A DNA stretch of 61,517 nt from Candidatus Omnitrophota bacterium (GCA_040753435.1 JBFMEN010000047.1:1-61517), one strand, 5' to 3'. Numbered from the stretch's first letter, positions 46,209 through 56,897 are shown. Notes: generated from the letters alone by a model not told the origin. Made by a program: numbers and translations.

Positions 46209-46757
46209 TTATTTTTCTTTCTTCTTCCGACGGAAAATTCCTTTAAGCCCGCCCTCATCCTTGGGCTTTTTCTCTTCTTTATGTTCTGACCCCTCTTTCA
46301 CAGGCAAGGCTTCGTGAGCGCTTTCCATTTGGGTCTTTTCCTCATTCTTTGATACGGGCTTGCGCTTGGGCTTTTTACTTTCCTTTAAAGGAGCCTTCTC
46401 CTTTTCAGTGAGCTCAAGTAAAACCATTGCCGCATTATCTCCCCTGCGGTTTGCGGCAAGCTTGATAATACGGGTATACCCTCCATTACGGGAACTGAAA
46501 CGAACGGCCGTTTTATTGAACAGATCACTAACTAAATTATGGTCGCAAAGAATAGTGAACGCCCGGCGTTTGTGAGCAAGAGTGCCTTTTTTGCCTAAAG
46601 TGATGAGCTCATCGACCAGCTTACGGGCTTCTTTTGCTTTGGCTTCGGTGGTCTTTATACGTTGTTGAATCAATGTTGCTTTTGCAAGATCACGAATAGT
46701 GGCCTTACGCCAGCTTGAATTTCTTCCCAAACGATTTCCAGCAATTCCATGTCTCAT
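46209..46757 (-). CDS. rplQ: 50S ribosomal protein L17 with charged C-terminal extension
   Basis: MRH...LGR, I.TT..KAKE, GGYTRI. Confidence 0.97.
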   Translation of the reverse strand: MRHGIAGNRLGRNSSWRKATIRDLAKATLIQQRIKTTEAKAKEARKLVDELITLGKKGTLAHKRRAFTILCDHNLVSDLFNKTAVRFSSRNGGYTRIIKLAANRRGDNAAMVLLELTEKEKAPLKESKKPKRKPVSKNEEKTQMESAHEALPVKEGSEHKEEKKPKDEGGLKGIFRRKKKEK

Positions 46758-46816
46758 TGTTATAACCTTCCATCAGGATGGAAACTGTTTTTCCGAGGAT
46801 CCATCCGGCTTAATAA

Positions 46817-47803
46817 TTATCGTTTCAACTTTTTAGGATCAACTTTCATGCCAAGGCTGAGTCCCATTACCTTCAGCAATTCGTTGATCTCAGTCAAGGA
46901 TTTCTTGCCAAAGTTACGAAAATTCAACAACTCTGACTCCTGATACTTTACTAAATCCGCAATTGTTTTAATTTCTGCATCTTTCAAACAATTGGCGCTT
47001 CTTACAGATAACTCGAGTTCGGAGATCGGCAGACGAAGTTTCTCATACATGGCCTCTTCTTCGGCTGAAATTTCTTCTTCTTCCTCCTCTTCCTCGGGAA
47101 GCTGCCCGTATGATACAAAGACATCCAGATGTCGCTGTAAAATATTCGCGCCGTAAAGCAATGCCTCTTTTGGTTCAATCGCACCGTTTGTCCAGATTTC
47201 AAGGACCAGTCGATCGTAATCAGTCCGCTGCCCGACCCGGGTATCTTCCACATAATAATTTATTTTTACAATGGGTGAAAAAATCGAGTCAATCGCGATG
47301 GTCCCTAAAGGAGATTCTTTCTTTTTATTCTGTTCACCGGGAACATACCCTCGGCCACGGGAAACTTCCATCTCAACATTCAACGGAACATCTGCCGTTA
47401 AAGTTGCAATGTGGTGATCCGGATTAATAAGCTCAATGGTTTCATCACATATGATGTCTTTAACTTTGATTTCACCTTTTGTATCGGCTTTTATATAAAT
47501 TGTTTTAGCAACTTTAGAATGCGAACGAAGAACCACACCTTTAATATTCAATATAATATCAGTAACAGGCTCAAGCACACCTTCCATTGTGCTAAACTCA
47601 TGTTGAACTCCATCAATCTTTATGGAAGTGATCGCACTCCCTTCGATCGAGGACAATAAAATACGGCGCAAAGAATTGCCTAAAGAGACGCCATATCCCC
47701 GTTCAAAAGGCTCGGCAATAAATTTGCCATAGTAACTTGTGTAGGTGGATTCATCACATTCCAACCGTTTGGGCATCTGAAAATCTCGCCACTTGACTCC
47801 CAT
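46817..47803 (-). CDS. rpoA: RNA polymerase alpha subunit
   Basis: EPFERGYG..LGNSLRR, HEFS, ELSVRS.NCL, NFGKKS. Confidence 0.99.
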   Translation of the reverse strand: MGVKWRDFQMPKRLECDESTYTSYYGKFIAEPFERGYGVSLGNSLRRILLSSIEGSAITSIKIDGVQHEFSTMEGVLEPVTDIILNIKGVVLRSHSKVAKTIYIKADTKGEIKVKDIICDETIELINPDHHIATLTADVPLNVEMEVSRGRGYVPGEQNKKKESPLGTIAIDSIFSPIVKINYYVEDTRVGQRTDYDRLVLEIWTNGAIEPKEALLYGANILQRHLDVFVSYGQLPEEEEEEEEISAEEEAMYEKLRLPISELELSVRSANCLKDAEIKTIADLVKYQESELLNFRNFGKKSLTEINELLKVMGLSLGMKVDPKKLKR

Positions 47804-47838
47804 AAGGTCCTCCTAATTATTAGTAAAAAAATCTCTTA

Positions 47839-48456
47839 TTATTTCGAATACAACTCAATGATCAATTGTTCATTGATGGGAAAAACAATGTCTTCACGCT
47901 CAGGCAAACGCGATACTTTTCCTTTCAAATAATCCGCATCTACCGTCACCCAAGACACGTTTTCCCTTCCCTGATACTCTTTATTTAACTCAAGATTGGT
48001 CTTTGCATATTGTTTGATATTATCATTGTTCTTAACAGAGATCTCATCGCCGGCTTTAATTAAATAGGAAGGCACATTGACCCTTTTATCATTAACACAA
48101 ATCAAGCCATGGCTAACCATTTGTCTGGCCTGAGGTCTGGTAGTCGCAAACCCAAGACGATAAACAACATTATCCAGACGCCGCTCCAGCAACTGAAGCA
48201 ACACACTCCCAGTGACTCCTTTGGAACGATTAGCTTTTTCATAATAACGACGGAACTGCCTTTCCAATACGCCGTAAAGACGTTTAACCTTCTGTTTTTC
48301 TCTCAGCTGGAGACCATAATCAGAAAGTTTTGTCCGTTTCGCCCCATGAAAACCCGGTGCATAATCCCGACGCTCCAAAGCATTACGCTTTGATGAAAAA
48401 AGCTCAATCCCTTCTCTTCTTGAAAGTCGCCATTTCGGCCCGGTATATCTAGCCAT
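47839..48456 (-). CDS. rpsD: 30S ribosomal protein S4
   Basis: MARYTGP, QLREKQK, ERRLDN, ELYSK; start corrected to ATG 48456 (AAAGGA SD). Confidence 0.98.
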   Translation of the reverse strand: MARYTGPKWRLSRREGIELFSSKRNALERRDYAPGFHGAKRTKLSDYGLQLREKQKVKRLYGVLERQFRRYYEKANRSKGVTGSVLLQLLERRLDNVVYRLGFATTRPQARQMVSHGLICVNDKRVNVPSYLIKAGDEISVKNNDNIKQYAKTNLELNKEYQGRENVSWVTVDADYLKGKVSRLPEREDIVFPINEQLIIELYSK

Positions 48457-48490
48457 ATCTATTGAATCCTTTCTCGTTACTTCAAAAGTA

Positions 48491-48898
48491 TTAAACCCTG
48501 CGTTTCTTGCGAGGACGGCATCCATTATGAGGAACAGGCGTCACGTCCCTTATCGCCGTTACCGTTAATCCGGCAGCCTGAATTGCACGAATAGCCGATT
48601 CCCGTCCTGAACCTGGCCCTTTCACAAAGACATCCACATTTTGCAAACCTAATTCCTTTGCTTCTTTAGCCGCAGCTGAAGCAGCAACCTGCGCAGCAAA
48701 AGGGGTTGATTTTTTCGATCCATTAAAACCGACAGCCCCCGGACTTGACCAGGAAATAACATTGCCCTGTTTGTCAGTAATCGAAATGATCGTATTATTA
48801 AAAGTTGCCTTGATATGCGCTGACCCTGCAACAACACCTTTCAGGGCTTTCTTCTTTGCCTTCTTCTCTTTTCCGGCTACTGGTTTTTTGTGTGCCAT
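48491..48898 (-). CDS. rpsK: 30S ribosomal protein S11
   Basis: [29 protein letters not shown]. Confidence 0.98.
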   Translation of the reverse strand: MAHKKPVAGKEKKAKKKALKGVVAGSAHIKATFNNTIISITDKQGNVISWSSPGAVGFNGSKKSTPFAAQVAASAAAKEAKELGLQNVDVFVKGPGSGRESAIRAIQAAGLTVTAIRDVTPVPHNGCRPRKKRRV

Positions 48899-48930
48899 AA
48901 CAATCCTCTAATGTGTTCACAAATGTTTAT

Positions 48931-49308
48931 TTACTTTGAAGTCCTTACTAGTTTGCTAGTAGCGGTTCTTCGCCCTTTGCGGGTACGGGCGTTGGTTTTT
49001 GTTCTTTGTCCCCGAACAGGCAGACCTTTTCGATGTCGTAATCCGCGATAATTTCCGATATCCATCATGCGCTTGATATTCTCAGAAATGTCACGCCGCA
49101 GCTCACCTTCCACAAGATAATTATTCTGAATCACTGCGGTAATACGCGCGACTTCTTCATCGGAAAGATCTTTTGCGCGTTTGCTCAACTCGATATTTGC
49201 CTCAGTTAAAATCTTTTTGGCATTAACCCGGCCGATTCCATAGATATAGGGTAAGGCCGCGTCAATTCTTTTTTCTCTCGGTATATCGACACCTAAAATT
49301 CTTGGCAT
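48931..49308 (-). CDS. rpsM: 30S ribosomal protein S13
   Basis: [25 protein letters not shown]. Confidence 0.98.
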   Translation of the reverse strand: MPRILGVDIPREKRIDAALPYIYGIGRVNAKKILTEANIELSKRAKDLSDEEVARITAVIQNNYLVEGELRRDISENIKRMMDIGNYRGLRHRKGLPVRGQRTKTNARTRKGRRTATSKLVRTSK

Positions 49309-49340
49309 TTTTCTTTCCTTTTTCCTATCTAATAAACACT

Positions 49341-49454
49341 TTATCCTTGACGTTGTTTGTGTTTGGGATTTTCGCAGATAACACGCACAACACGATTTCG
49401 TCGAACGATTTTACATTTGTTACAAATTCTTTTAATAGACGATTTAACTTTCAT
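49341..49454 (-). CDS. rpmJ: 50S ribosomal protein L36, Zn-ribbon (C+) form (not in ORF track)
   Basis: hand translation [37 protein letters not shown]; ATGA overlap with infA. Confidence 0.97.
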   Translation of the reverse strand: MKVKSSIKRICNKCKIVRRNRVVRVICENPKHKQRQG

Positions 49455-49672
49455 TTTTTATCCCTATAGGTTATCCGTCCCCGATTTAAATCGTAGGGCG
49501 AAAGCTGGACCTTGACTTTATCTCCCGGAATGATCCGGATAAAATGCATTCGTATTTTTCCTGAAACATGAGCCATTACGATATGCCCGTTCTCCAATTC
49601 CACTTTAAACTGAGCATTTGGCAACGCCTCAACAATTGTTCCTTCAACTTCAATTAAATCTTCTTTTGCCAT
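49451..49672 (-). CDS. infA: translation initiation factor IF-1
   Basis: LPNA.F.V.L.NG, SGK.R...I.I..GD.V, SPYDL.RGRI. Confidence 0.98.
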   Translation of the reverse strand: MAKEDLIEVEGTIVEALPNAQFKVELENGHIVMAHVSGKIRMHFIRIIPGDKVKVQLSPYDLNRGRITYRDKK

Positions 49673-49688
49673 AGCCTGAAAAACTGTT

Positions 49689-50444
49689 TTAAAATTTCGT
49701 TAATACCTCCGCCGCACCCTTTTGAATAAGAATCATATGTTCAAAGTGCGCGGAAGGTTTGCCGTCAAGAGTCTCCACTGTCCATCCATCATCCAATATT
49801 TTTGTCTGCCAATCACCCATGTTTAACATCGGTTCAATACAAAAAACCATTCCTTCCTGCAAAACCGGACCGCAATTTGCCGGCCCATAATTTAAAATCT
49901 CCGGCTCTTCATGCAGCTGTCGACCAATCCCATGCCCGACAAAATCGCGAACAACCGAACATTCATGGGCTTCAGCGTAAATCTGGATCGCATGAGAAAT
50001 ATTGGATAAATGAACACCCGCTTTAGCCTGAGCAATCCCTTTGTTTAACGCCTCGCGCGTCACGTCAACCAATTTCTTCACAGCAGGATCAACCGGATCA
50101 ATGGTAACTGTCAGAGCGGCATCGGCATAATAGTTCTGATAAATTAATCCCGCGTCAATGCTAACGATATCTCCCGTCTTAATGATTCGATCCCCGGGAA
50201 TCCCGTGCACAACTTCCTGATTAACTGAAACACACGCAGAAGCGGGATATCCACGATACCCCTTAAACGCCGCGATGCATCCATTTTTTCTTATTAGCTC
50301 TTCTGTCAAAAGATCGATATCAGCTGTCCTCATCCCTGCTTTCACTGATGAGGATACTTCTTTAAGGACCAATGATAAAATCCGACCGGCTTTCCTAAGT
50401 ATCTCTATCTCTACCGGCGTTTTTATCGGAACAATCTTATTCAT
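49689..50444 (-). CDS. map: type I methionine aminopeptidase
   Basis: HGIP, IDAG, DAA, GHGIG..LHEEP, IEPM, SAHFEH. Confidence 0.97.
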   Translation of the reverse strand: MNKIVPIKTPVEIEILRKAGRILSLVLKEVSSSVKAGMRTADIDLLTEELIRKNGCIAAFKGYRGYPASACVSVNQEVVHGIPGDRIIKTGDIVSIDAGLIYQNYYADAALTVTIDPVDPAVKKLVDVTREALNKGIAQAKAGVHLSNISHAIQIYAEAHECSVVRDFVGHGIGRQLHEEPEILNYGPANCGPVLQEGMVFCIEPMLNMGDWQTKILDDGWTVETLDGKPSAHFEHMILIQKGAAEVLTKF

Positions 50445-51087
50445 TCGATTTAATCAAACCCTCGAAAAAAACCAGTACGTCTTTTACATCCTGGCTCGCA
50501 TCCACTTTCCTCAATTTTTCCTGTTTCTGATAATAATTGATGATGGGAGCTGTGCTCGTCAAATAAACGTCCATGCGGTTCCTGATGGTTTCTTCTTTAT
50601 CATCGGCTCGCTGGTATAACTCGCCCTGGCAAAGATCGCAAATCCCTTCTTTTTTAGAAGGGATATTAACAGTATGATAAACAGCTCCACATTGTCGACA
50701 AACCCGTCTTCCGGTCAAACGTTTGATAATCACCGGTAAATCCACTTCCATAAAAACAACAACGTCGATAGGCGCGTCAAGATCGCTGAGGATTTTATCC
50801 AGGTCCTGCGCCTGTTGAACTGTTCTCGGGTAACCATCGAAAAGGACGCCTTTACTCAAATCCGAGTTTCTCAATTTATTGGCAATGATTCTCGTAACAA
50901 CCTCATCCGGAACAAGTTCTCCCTTATCAACAAAACTCTTCATCTCATTACCAAGTGAAGAACCGCTCTTCATTTCAGCCCTTAAGATATCCCCAGTAGA
51001 CAAATGCAGCATCCCGAATTTTTCTTTGATCGCAGCGGCAAGCGTTCCTTTGCCTGCTCCCGGAGGTCCTAATAATACAACCCTCAT
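50437..51087 (-). CDS. adk: adenylate kinase with 4-Cys LID
   Basis: GPPGAGKGT, STGDILR, DGYPR, CRQC...CDLC, RADD. Confidence 0.98.
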   Translation of the reverse strand: MRVVLLGPPGAGKGTLAAAIKEKFGMLHLSTGDILRAEMKSGSSLGNEMKSFVDKGELVPDEVVTRIIANKLRNSDLSKGVLFDGYPRTVQQAQDLDKILSDLDAPIDVVVFMEVDLPVIIKRLTGRRVCRQCGAVYHTVNIPSKKEGICDLCQGELYQRADDKEETIRNRMDVYLTSTAPIINYYQKQEKLRKVDASQDVKDVLVFFEGLIKSNE

Positions 51088-52436
51088 TAACGTCTCCCTC
51101 TCAATTGTCCTGATTTCATAAACCCTTCATAATGGCGAGTCATCAAATGCGATTCAATTTGTTTCATGGTGTCCAGCATAACGCCGACAGTAATCAAAAC
51201 CCCTGTACCACCGAAGAATGATGCGACCAGATAAGGAACTTTGAAAGAAGCCATAATGGCGTCAGGCATAACGGCAATGATACAAATAAAAGCTGCTCCG
51301 GCCAGTGTAATTCGGGTTAGCACAAAATCCAGATATTCCGCGGTCTGATTCCCGGGTCTGACACCTGGAATGAATCCCCCATGCTTTTTCAATTGATTAG
51401 CGACTTCAACGGGATTAAAAACAATTGCGGTATAAAAATAACAAAAGAAAATAATTAACAGACCATAAATGGAATAATAAACAAAGTTCCCTCGCATTAC
51501 CAGACCTGCAAACCATTGCAGTCCCTGAGAGGGGATAAAACTGGCAATTGTCGCCGGAAACAATAAAATCGACTGGGCAAAAATAATGGCTATGATTCCT
51601 GATGTGTCGACCTTTAATGGAATATAGGTACTTTGGCCGCCATAAACCTTGCGCCCTACAACCCGTCTCGCATATTGTACGGGAATCTTGCGTTGTGCCT
51701 GAGTGATTAAGGTGATCGCTAGAATCACGCCGAACAAAAACACCAACATCATTAATAATGTCAACGGCTGTAATTGAGCAGCGCCAACGGTTTTAGCGGA
51801 CATCAAACGAACAAGCATCTGAATGGCTGCCGGAGCTGAGGAAATAATACCGGCCGTGATTATCAAAGAAATACCGTTTCCAATTCCCCGTTCCTGAATT
51901 TGCTCACCCAGCCACATTAAGGCTAATGTCCCAGAAGCCAGTGTCAGGACAGTAATAAGACGGAATCCCCAACCTGGGTTGTTAACCACCATCAAATTTT
52001 CAAATCCCTGCCGTTCCAGCCAAAGCGCAATAAAAAACGATTGGATAATCGCCAAGCCAAGAGTTCCATACCGGGTATACTGGTTAATCTTGTGGTAGCC
52101 GGCTTGACCTTCCTTGGCTAATTTTTCTAAAGCCGGGATAACAGCAGTCAACAGCTGCATAATAATAGAACTGGAGATATAAGGCATTATGCCGAGTCCA
52201 AAGATGGTCATGCGTTCAAATGCGCCTCCTGAAAACATCCCCATCATGCCAAAGATCGTTCCTCCGCCTCCAGCAGAAGAATTCATATTTTCAAAATATT
52301 GGGCCAGGATCGAGCCATTCACACCAGGCGTAGGCACCAGACATCCGATACGATAAATCGCTATCAATCCCAGTGTGATAATAATGCGATTTTTTAACTC
52401 AGGAATTTTAAAACAATTGTAAAACGCAGAAAGCAT
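51087..52436 (-). CDS. secY: preprotein translocase SecY
   Basis: LGIMPYIS, GIGNGISL, IPVQY, GGFIPGVRPG, GGTG.LI. Confidence 0.99.
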   Translation of the reverse strand: MLSAFYNCFKIPELKNRIIITLGLIAIYRIGCLVPTPGVNGSILAQYFENMNSSAGGGGTIFGMMGMFSGGAFERMTIFGLGIMPYISSSIIMQLLTAVIPALEKLAKEGQAGYHKINQYTRYGTLGLAIIQSFFIALWLERQGFENLMVVNNPGWGFRLITVLTLASGTLALMWLGEQIQERGIGNGISLIITAGIISSAPAAIQMLVRLMSAKTVGAAQLQPLTLLMMLVFLFGVILAITLITQAQRKIPVQYARRVVGRKVYGGQSTYIPLKVDTSGIIAIIFAQSILLFPATIASFIPSQGLQWFAGLVMRGNFVYYSIYGLLIIFFCYFYTAIVFNPVEVANQLKKHGGFIPGVRPGNQTAEYLDFVLTRITLAGAAFICIIAVMPDAIMASFKVPYLVASFFGGTGVLITVGVMLDTMKQIESHLMTRHYEGFMKSGQLRGRR

Positions 52437-52446
52437 GCCTTACCGT

Positions 52447-52923
52447 TTATTTTTCAGCTGTTTCGTTTTTAAATGCACTTTTATCAAAAATCTCTGTCTT
52501 GCCGCCGGCCTTCTCGATCTTTTCAACTGCAGATTTGGAAAAAGCTGTCGCCTTGACTGTCAAAGCAACTTCCAATTCTCCCTCGCCCAAAATCTTAAAT
52601 GGCTTATAAACATTATGGATGAGGCCCGCGTCTTTTAACACCTTGGCGTCCACGACATCGCCTTTTTTAAATTTAGACAGATCAGACAATTTAATAATCT
52701 GATAAAGAATCGGACGATGACTATTAAACCCGACTTTGGGTAGACGTCGAATAATCGGCATTTGGCCGCCTTCTGAACCGATAAGAACGGCAGAACCAGG
52801 ACGACAGTTTTGCCCATTCATTCCACGGCCAGACGTTTTACCACTTCCCGAGCCATTACCCCTTCCAACGATGCGTTTACGTTTTCGAGAGCCCTTTGGC
52901 GATTTAAATTCATGGATCTGCAT
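52447..52923 (-). CDS. rplO: 50S ribosomal protein L15
   Basis: GRG.GSG.GKTSGRG..GQ, EGGQMP..RRLPK.GF. Confidence 0.98.
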   Translation of the reverse strand: MQIHEFKSPKGSRKRKRIVGRGNGSGSGKTSGRGMNGQNCRPGSAVLIGSEGGQMPIIRRLPKVGFNSHRPILYQIIKLSDLSKFKKGDVVDAKVLKDAGLIHNVYKPFKILGEGELEVALTVKATAFSKSAVEKIEKAGGKTEIFDKSAFKNETAEK

Positions 52924-52933
52924 AATTGATCAC

Positions 52934-53557
52934 CTATTCCAAATTAACCTTGGGGGACTTTAAGCTTGTCAGCCCCCTCATTGTCGCTTTAACGATATTA
53001 ACGGGATTATTAGAGCGATGGCACTTTGTTAAAATATTATGAATACCCGCACCCTCACAAACCGCCCGAACAGGACCTGAAGCAATAACTCCGGTTCCTT
53101 CGCCTGCCGGTTTTAAAAGAACCCTTGCGCTTCCCCATGCCCCGATAATTTCATGCGGGATGGTTGTTCCTTTTAAAGGGATCTTGACCATTTTCTTTTT
53201 GGCCGCCGACATCGCTTTACGAATAGCTGTCGCAACTTCACCGGCCTTGTCCTGGGCAAAGCCCACATTGCTTTTACCATCTCCAACAACAACTAACGCA
53301 CTGAACGAGAGCTTTTTGCCGCCTTTGGTGACTTTCGTTACTCGACGAATTGAAAGGACTTTCTCAATAAAATCACCCTCAGAACCATCGGACTTCTTTG
53401 CGTCGGATTCTTTCCTAAAAGAACCTCTTCTCCTTGGTCTACCGGTTGCAGGCGATTCCTCGCCTGTCGCAGTTTTTTCTTCTAATAAATCCGGATTCCC
53501 TTCCACCGACCTCTGCGATTCCAACTCCGGTGTCTTTTTATTCTCTTGTTGTTCCAT
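52934..53557 (-). CDS. rpsE: 30S ribosomal protein S5 with long N-terminal extension
   Basis: [28 protein letters not shown]. Confidence 0.98.
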   Translation of the reverse strand: MEQQENKKTPELESQRSVEGNPDLLEEKTATGEESPATGRPRRRGSFRKESDAKKSDGSEGDFIEKVLSIRRVTKVTKGGKKLSFSALVVVGDGKSNVGFAQDKAGEVATAIRKAMSAAKKKMVKIPLKGTTIPHEIIGAWGSARVLLKPAGEGTGVIASGPVRAVCEGAGIHNILTKCHRSNNPVNIVKATMRGLTSLKSPKVNLE

Positions 53558-53582
53558 CTATTTATCTTGCTCCCTATTTTTA

Positions 53583-53960
53583 TTAAAATTCAAGACCGTT
53601 TGCCCTCGCGGCCTCGGCAAACGCTTTAACCCGACCATGGTATAAATATCCGCCTCGATCAAAACTGACTTTCTTGATTCCTCTTTCCTTTGCCATCAGA
53701 GCAAACATCTTTCCTAAAACAGCAGCTCCGTCCACATTGCCGCCATTTTTAACGCCAGCAGTAACTACTTCTTTATTGCGCGTCGATTTCCCGAAAAGAA
53801 CTTTGCCCGTTGTGTCATCAATGATTTGGGCATAAAAATTCTTCAAACTTCGATGAACACATAACCGAGGCTGATCAGGTCGTCCCGAAATTACTTTTCG
53901 GATTCTTTCATGCTTTGCTAATCTTTTTTCTTCCCGTTTATTTAATTGTTGTTTTTTCAT
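53583..53960 (-). CDS. rplR: 50S ribosomal protein L18
   Basis: [18 protein letters not shown]. Confidence 0.98.
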   Translation of the reverse strand: MKKQQLNKREEKRLAKHERIRKVISGRPDQPRLCVHRSLKNFYAQIIDDTTGKVLFGKSTRNKEVVTAGVKNGGNVDGAAVLGKMFALMAKERGIKKVSFDRGGYLYHGRVKAFAEAARANGLEF

Positions 53961-53968
53961 ATATTACG

Positions 53969-54508
53969 CTACTTGGTTACGGATTTACCCTGCTTTCTTC
54001 GAACCTTTTCACCCACATAACGAATACCTTTTCCTTTATAGGGTTCAGGTGGTTTAATTCCCCAAATTTTATCGGCAACCTGCCCAACCTGGGCCTTATC
54101 AATTCCTTCAACTACGATTGAGGTTTGGCTCGGAACCGCTACGGATACGCCTTTGGGAACAACATATTCGACAGGATGACTTAACCCCAAATTAAAAACA
54201 ATTTTTCCTCCCTGAAGCTGAGCTCGGAAACCAACACCCTGGATTTCAAGTTCTTTTCTATGACCTTCAGTAACCCCAACTATCATATTCCTCAGCGTAG
54301 ACCATGCAGTACCATGGTTTGCCAAATGTTGTTTAATATCAGAGAGGCGGGTTAAAATCAGCTTATCCTCCTTCTGCTCAACCTTGATCCCAGGAAGCAT
54401 CTTTAATGAAAGCTTCCCTTTCTTTCCTTCAATAGTAACTGTTCCATTTAAGAAAGAAACCTTGACATCTTTAGGAACCTTAATTGGAATTTTACCTAGT
54501 CTTGACAT
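53969..54508 (-). CDS. rplF: 50S ribosomal protein L6
   Basis: MSRLGK.PI, HGT, GVGFRA, PEPYKGKGIRY. Confidence 0.98.
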   Translation of the reverse strand: MSRLGKIPIKVPKDVKVSFLNGTVTIEGKKGKLSLKMLPGIKVEQKEDKLILTRLSDIKQHLANHGTAWSTLRNMIVGVTEGHRKELEIQGVGFRAQLQGGKIVFNLGLSHPVEYVVPKGVSVAVPSQTSIVVEGIDKAQVGQVADKIWGIKPPEPYKGKGIRYVGEKVRRKQGKSVTK

Positions 54509-54548
54509 AATTAAACCTCATTTGGGACATCAACAAAAAAAATTAAAT

Positions 54549-54944
54549 TTACCAAATATGGCAGATAACTTCCCCGCCCACTTTCAATTTTCGTGCTTCA
54601 CGATCAGACAAAACCCCTTTAGAAGTTGAAATGACCGCTGTTCCCAGTCCGTTCAAAACCATCGAAAGTTTTCTCCCAGCCGTATAGACCCGCAGCCCCG
54701 GTTTCGAAACACGATTTATTCCCATTATTACTGATTTTTGCCCCTCATACTTCAGATAAACGCGATAAGTCCCCTGGGCATTGTCTTTAAGCAGACGGAA
54801 ATCTTCAATATAATTTTCGTTCTTGAAAATCTCAAGGATTCTGCCTACCAGCTTCGCCGCCGGAATATCCACAGTTTCTTTTCTGGTTTGGGTGGCATTT
54901 CGAATGCTAGTCAGCATATTTGCTATTGGATCGCTCAACGACAT
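54549..54944 (-). CDS. rpsH: 30S ribosomal protein S8
   Basis: DPIA.ML..IRNA, SKPGLRVY, STSKG, GGE. Confidence 0.98.
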   Translation of the reverse strand: MSLSDPIANMLTSIRNATQTRKETVDIPAAKLVGRILEIFKNENYIEDFRLLKDNAQGTYRVYLKYEGQKSVIMGINRVSKPGLRVYTAGRKLSMVLNGLGTAVISTSKGVLSDREARKLKVGGEVICHIW

Positions 54945-54983
54945 CGTTATTCCTTTTATAAAGAATTCAACTATTATTACTAA

Positions 54984-55169
54984 TTACCAACTTGCCTTTC
55001 TTACTCCTGGTATTTCCCCTCGCCATGCCAATTCACGAAAACAAAGACGGCATAAACCAAAACGCCTCATGTACCCTTTTGGTCGTCCGCATAGTTTACA
55101 TCGGTTATGCTGCCTCACCTTAAATTTAGGCTCTTCTTTTGATTTATTAATAAGCGCTTTTCTTGCCAT
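54984..55169 (-). CDS. rpsN: 30S ribosomal protein S14, type Z (Zn-binding)
   Basis: 61 aa; RCKLCGR...[13 protein letters not shown]. Confidence 0.98.
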   Translation of the reverse strand: MARKALINKSKEEPKFKVRQHNRCKLCGRPKGYMRRFGLCRLCFRELAWRGEIPGVRKASW

Positions 55170-55187
55170 ATTATGAAATTTTCCTCC

Positions 55188-55733
55188 TTAAGCCCTTCGA
55201 AACGGCACGCCCAATAAACTCAACAATTCCATCGTTTGTTCTTTGGGTTTATTATTAAAAACAAATGTGATATCCATTCCCTGTTGACGAGCAATTCGCC
55301 CGGAATCAATTTCAGGAAAAACTGCCTGGTCCGTAATGCCAAATGAATAATTTCCGAATCTGTCGAAAGATTTGAGAGAAACCCCATTAAAGTCACGGAT
55401 ACGAGGCAGACAGATGGTCACCAAACGATCCAGGAATTCATACATTTTTGCTCTTCGAAGGGTTACCTTGCAACCTATTGGTAATCCTTTACGCAGTTTA
55501 AAATTAGAAATCGCCGTACGCGATCTGCGAATTGTCGGTTTCTGACCTGTAATAGCGGTTAAATCCGCCATTGCCGCTTCCAGCAACTTAACATCATGAA
55601 TAGCTTCACCGACTCCCATATTAATAACGATCTTTTCCAGTCGAGGCGCAGCCATCACATTCTTAATACTGAATTTTTCTCGTAAGTTTGGAAGAATTTC
55701 TTTATGATATTTTTCCTGCAATCGTGGTACCAC
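55188..55733 (-). CDS. rplE: 50S ribosomal protein L5
   Basis: KIVINMGVG, TGQKP, FKLR.G, LPRIRDF.G; GTG start. Confidence 0.98.
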   Translation of the reverse strand: MVPRLQEKYHKEILPNLREKFSIKNVMAAPRLEKIVINMGVGEAIHDVKLLEAAMADLTAITGQKPTIRRSRTAISNFKLRKGLPIGCKVTLRRAKMYEFLDRLVTICLPRIRDFNGVSLKSFDRFGNYSFGITDQAVFPEIDSGRIARQQGMDITFVFNNKPKEQTMELLSLLGVPFRRA

Positions 55734-55762
55734 TTCCTGCTCCTTTAATATATTCTTTTCCT

Positions 55763-56074
55763 TTAAATAACCTCACCGCTTTTTTTGCTATATCTAACCT
55801 TTGAACCATCCTTTAAGGTCTTGATACCAAATCTAGTCGGTTGATTGGTTTTCTTATCAACTAATAAAATATTGGAAATATGCAGGGGGGCTTCTATCTC
55901 GACAAAACCACCTTGCTGATCCTGCTGGGTCTTCCGTTTAGACTTTTTAACCATGTTGATCTTTTCAACCAAAACCTTGTCGATTTCAGGAAAAACTTGC
56001 AGAACTTTTCCGGTCTTTCCCTTATCTTTTCCAGTAATCACCATGACTTTATCATTTTTTCTGATTCTTAACAT
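55763..56074 (-). CDS. rplX: 50S ribosomal protein L24
   Basis: D.V.VI.GKDKGK.G, EAPLHISN. Confidence 0.98.
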   Translation of the reverse strand: MLRIRKNDKVMVITGKDKGKTGKVLQVFPEIDKVLVEKINMVKKSKRKTQQDQQGGFVEIEAPLHISNILLVDKKTNQPTRFGIKTLKDGSKVRYSKKSGEVI

Positions 56075-56075
56075 T

Positions 56076-56444
56076 TTAAATAACCTCAGGTGCCAATGAA
56101 ATAATTTTCATGAACTCCAAATTGCGCAATTCTCGCGCAACTGGCCCGAAAACCCGCGTTCCTCGAGGATTTCCTGTATCATCAATAACAACCATAGCGT
56201 TGGAATCAAAACGCACGGTCGAGCCATCGGGACGTTTAATCGGAAATTTAGTACGAATAATAACGCCCTTAACCTTTTGTCCTTTTTTAATTTGAGAATC
56301 AGGGGCGCATTCCTTGACGTTTGCACGAACAATGTCCCCTATTTGGGCCCAACGTCGCCCTTTAACGTTAAGAACCCCGATAATCGATGCTTTTCGAACA
56401 CCCGAATTATCTGCCACATCCAATACTGACTTCATATATAACAT
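56076..56444 (-). CDS. rplN: 50S ribosomal protein L14
   Basis: [26 protein letters not shown]. Confidence 0.98.
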   Translation of the reverse strand: MLYMKSVLDVADNSGVRKASIIGVLNVKGRRWAQIGDIVRANVKECAPDSQIKKGQKVKGVIIRTKFPIKRPDGSTVRFDSNAMVVIDDTGNPRGTRVFGPVARELRNLEFMKIISLAPEVI

Positions 56445-56458
56445 AAGTCGCCCTCAAT

Positions 56459-56710
56459 CTATTTGTAGATTTCAACAAGGACCCATCGCTTATCTTTTGA
56501 TATGGGCCGGGTTTCCATAATCAGCACCCGATCTCCCATCTTAGATGAGTTTTGTTCATCATGAACTTTAAATTTTTTAGCAGCTCGAACAATTTTGTTA
56601 TATTTAACATGTTTGAACACAGATCGGACTTGCACAACCCGAGTCTTGTTCATTTTATCTGAAACGACCTCTCCTTCGAGTGTTCGCCTTCGGTTAACTC
56701 GCGTTTCCAT
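56459..56710 (-). CDS. rpsQ: 30S ribosomal protein S17
   Basis: G.VVSDKM.KT, HDE, ETRPISK.K.W; start ATG 56710. Confidence 0.97.
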   Translation of the reverse strand: METRVNRRRTLEGEVVSDKMNKTRVVQVRSVFKHVKYNKIVRAAKKFKVHDEQNSSKMGDRVLIMETRPISKDKRWVLVEIYK

Positions 56711-56897
56711 CTTTTTCTCTCTCATTCAAAATCGTTAATATTCGGGCGATATCCCTTTTAATCGATTTAAACCTGGCCGGCTTTTCAACCCGCCCGAGTT
56801 TACGCTGGTAGTTCAAATCAAAAAGTTCTTTCTTCAAACTTTTTTCCTTTTGGACCAGTTCATCTTTGCTTAATTGTTTAATCTCTTGTACTTTCAT
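56694..56897 (-). CDS. rpmC: 50S ribosomal protein L29
   Basis: ELF.L, IARI.TIL; position between rplP and rpsQ; start ATG 56897. Confidence 0.95.
   Translation of the reverse strand: MKVQEIKQLSKDELVQKEKSLKKELFDLNYQRKLGRVEKPARFKSIKRDIARILTILNEREKDGNAS

Noticed and set aside
48457-48525. Long N-termini given for rpsD (and similarly rluA, GT2, trm112, efp, aroQ, htrA, ugtP)
   Set aside because: These are first-start artefacts overlapping upstream genes; SD position and family N-termini support the shorter starts.
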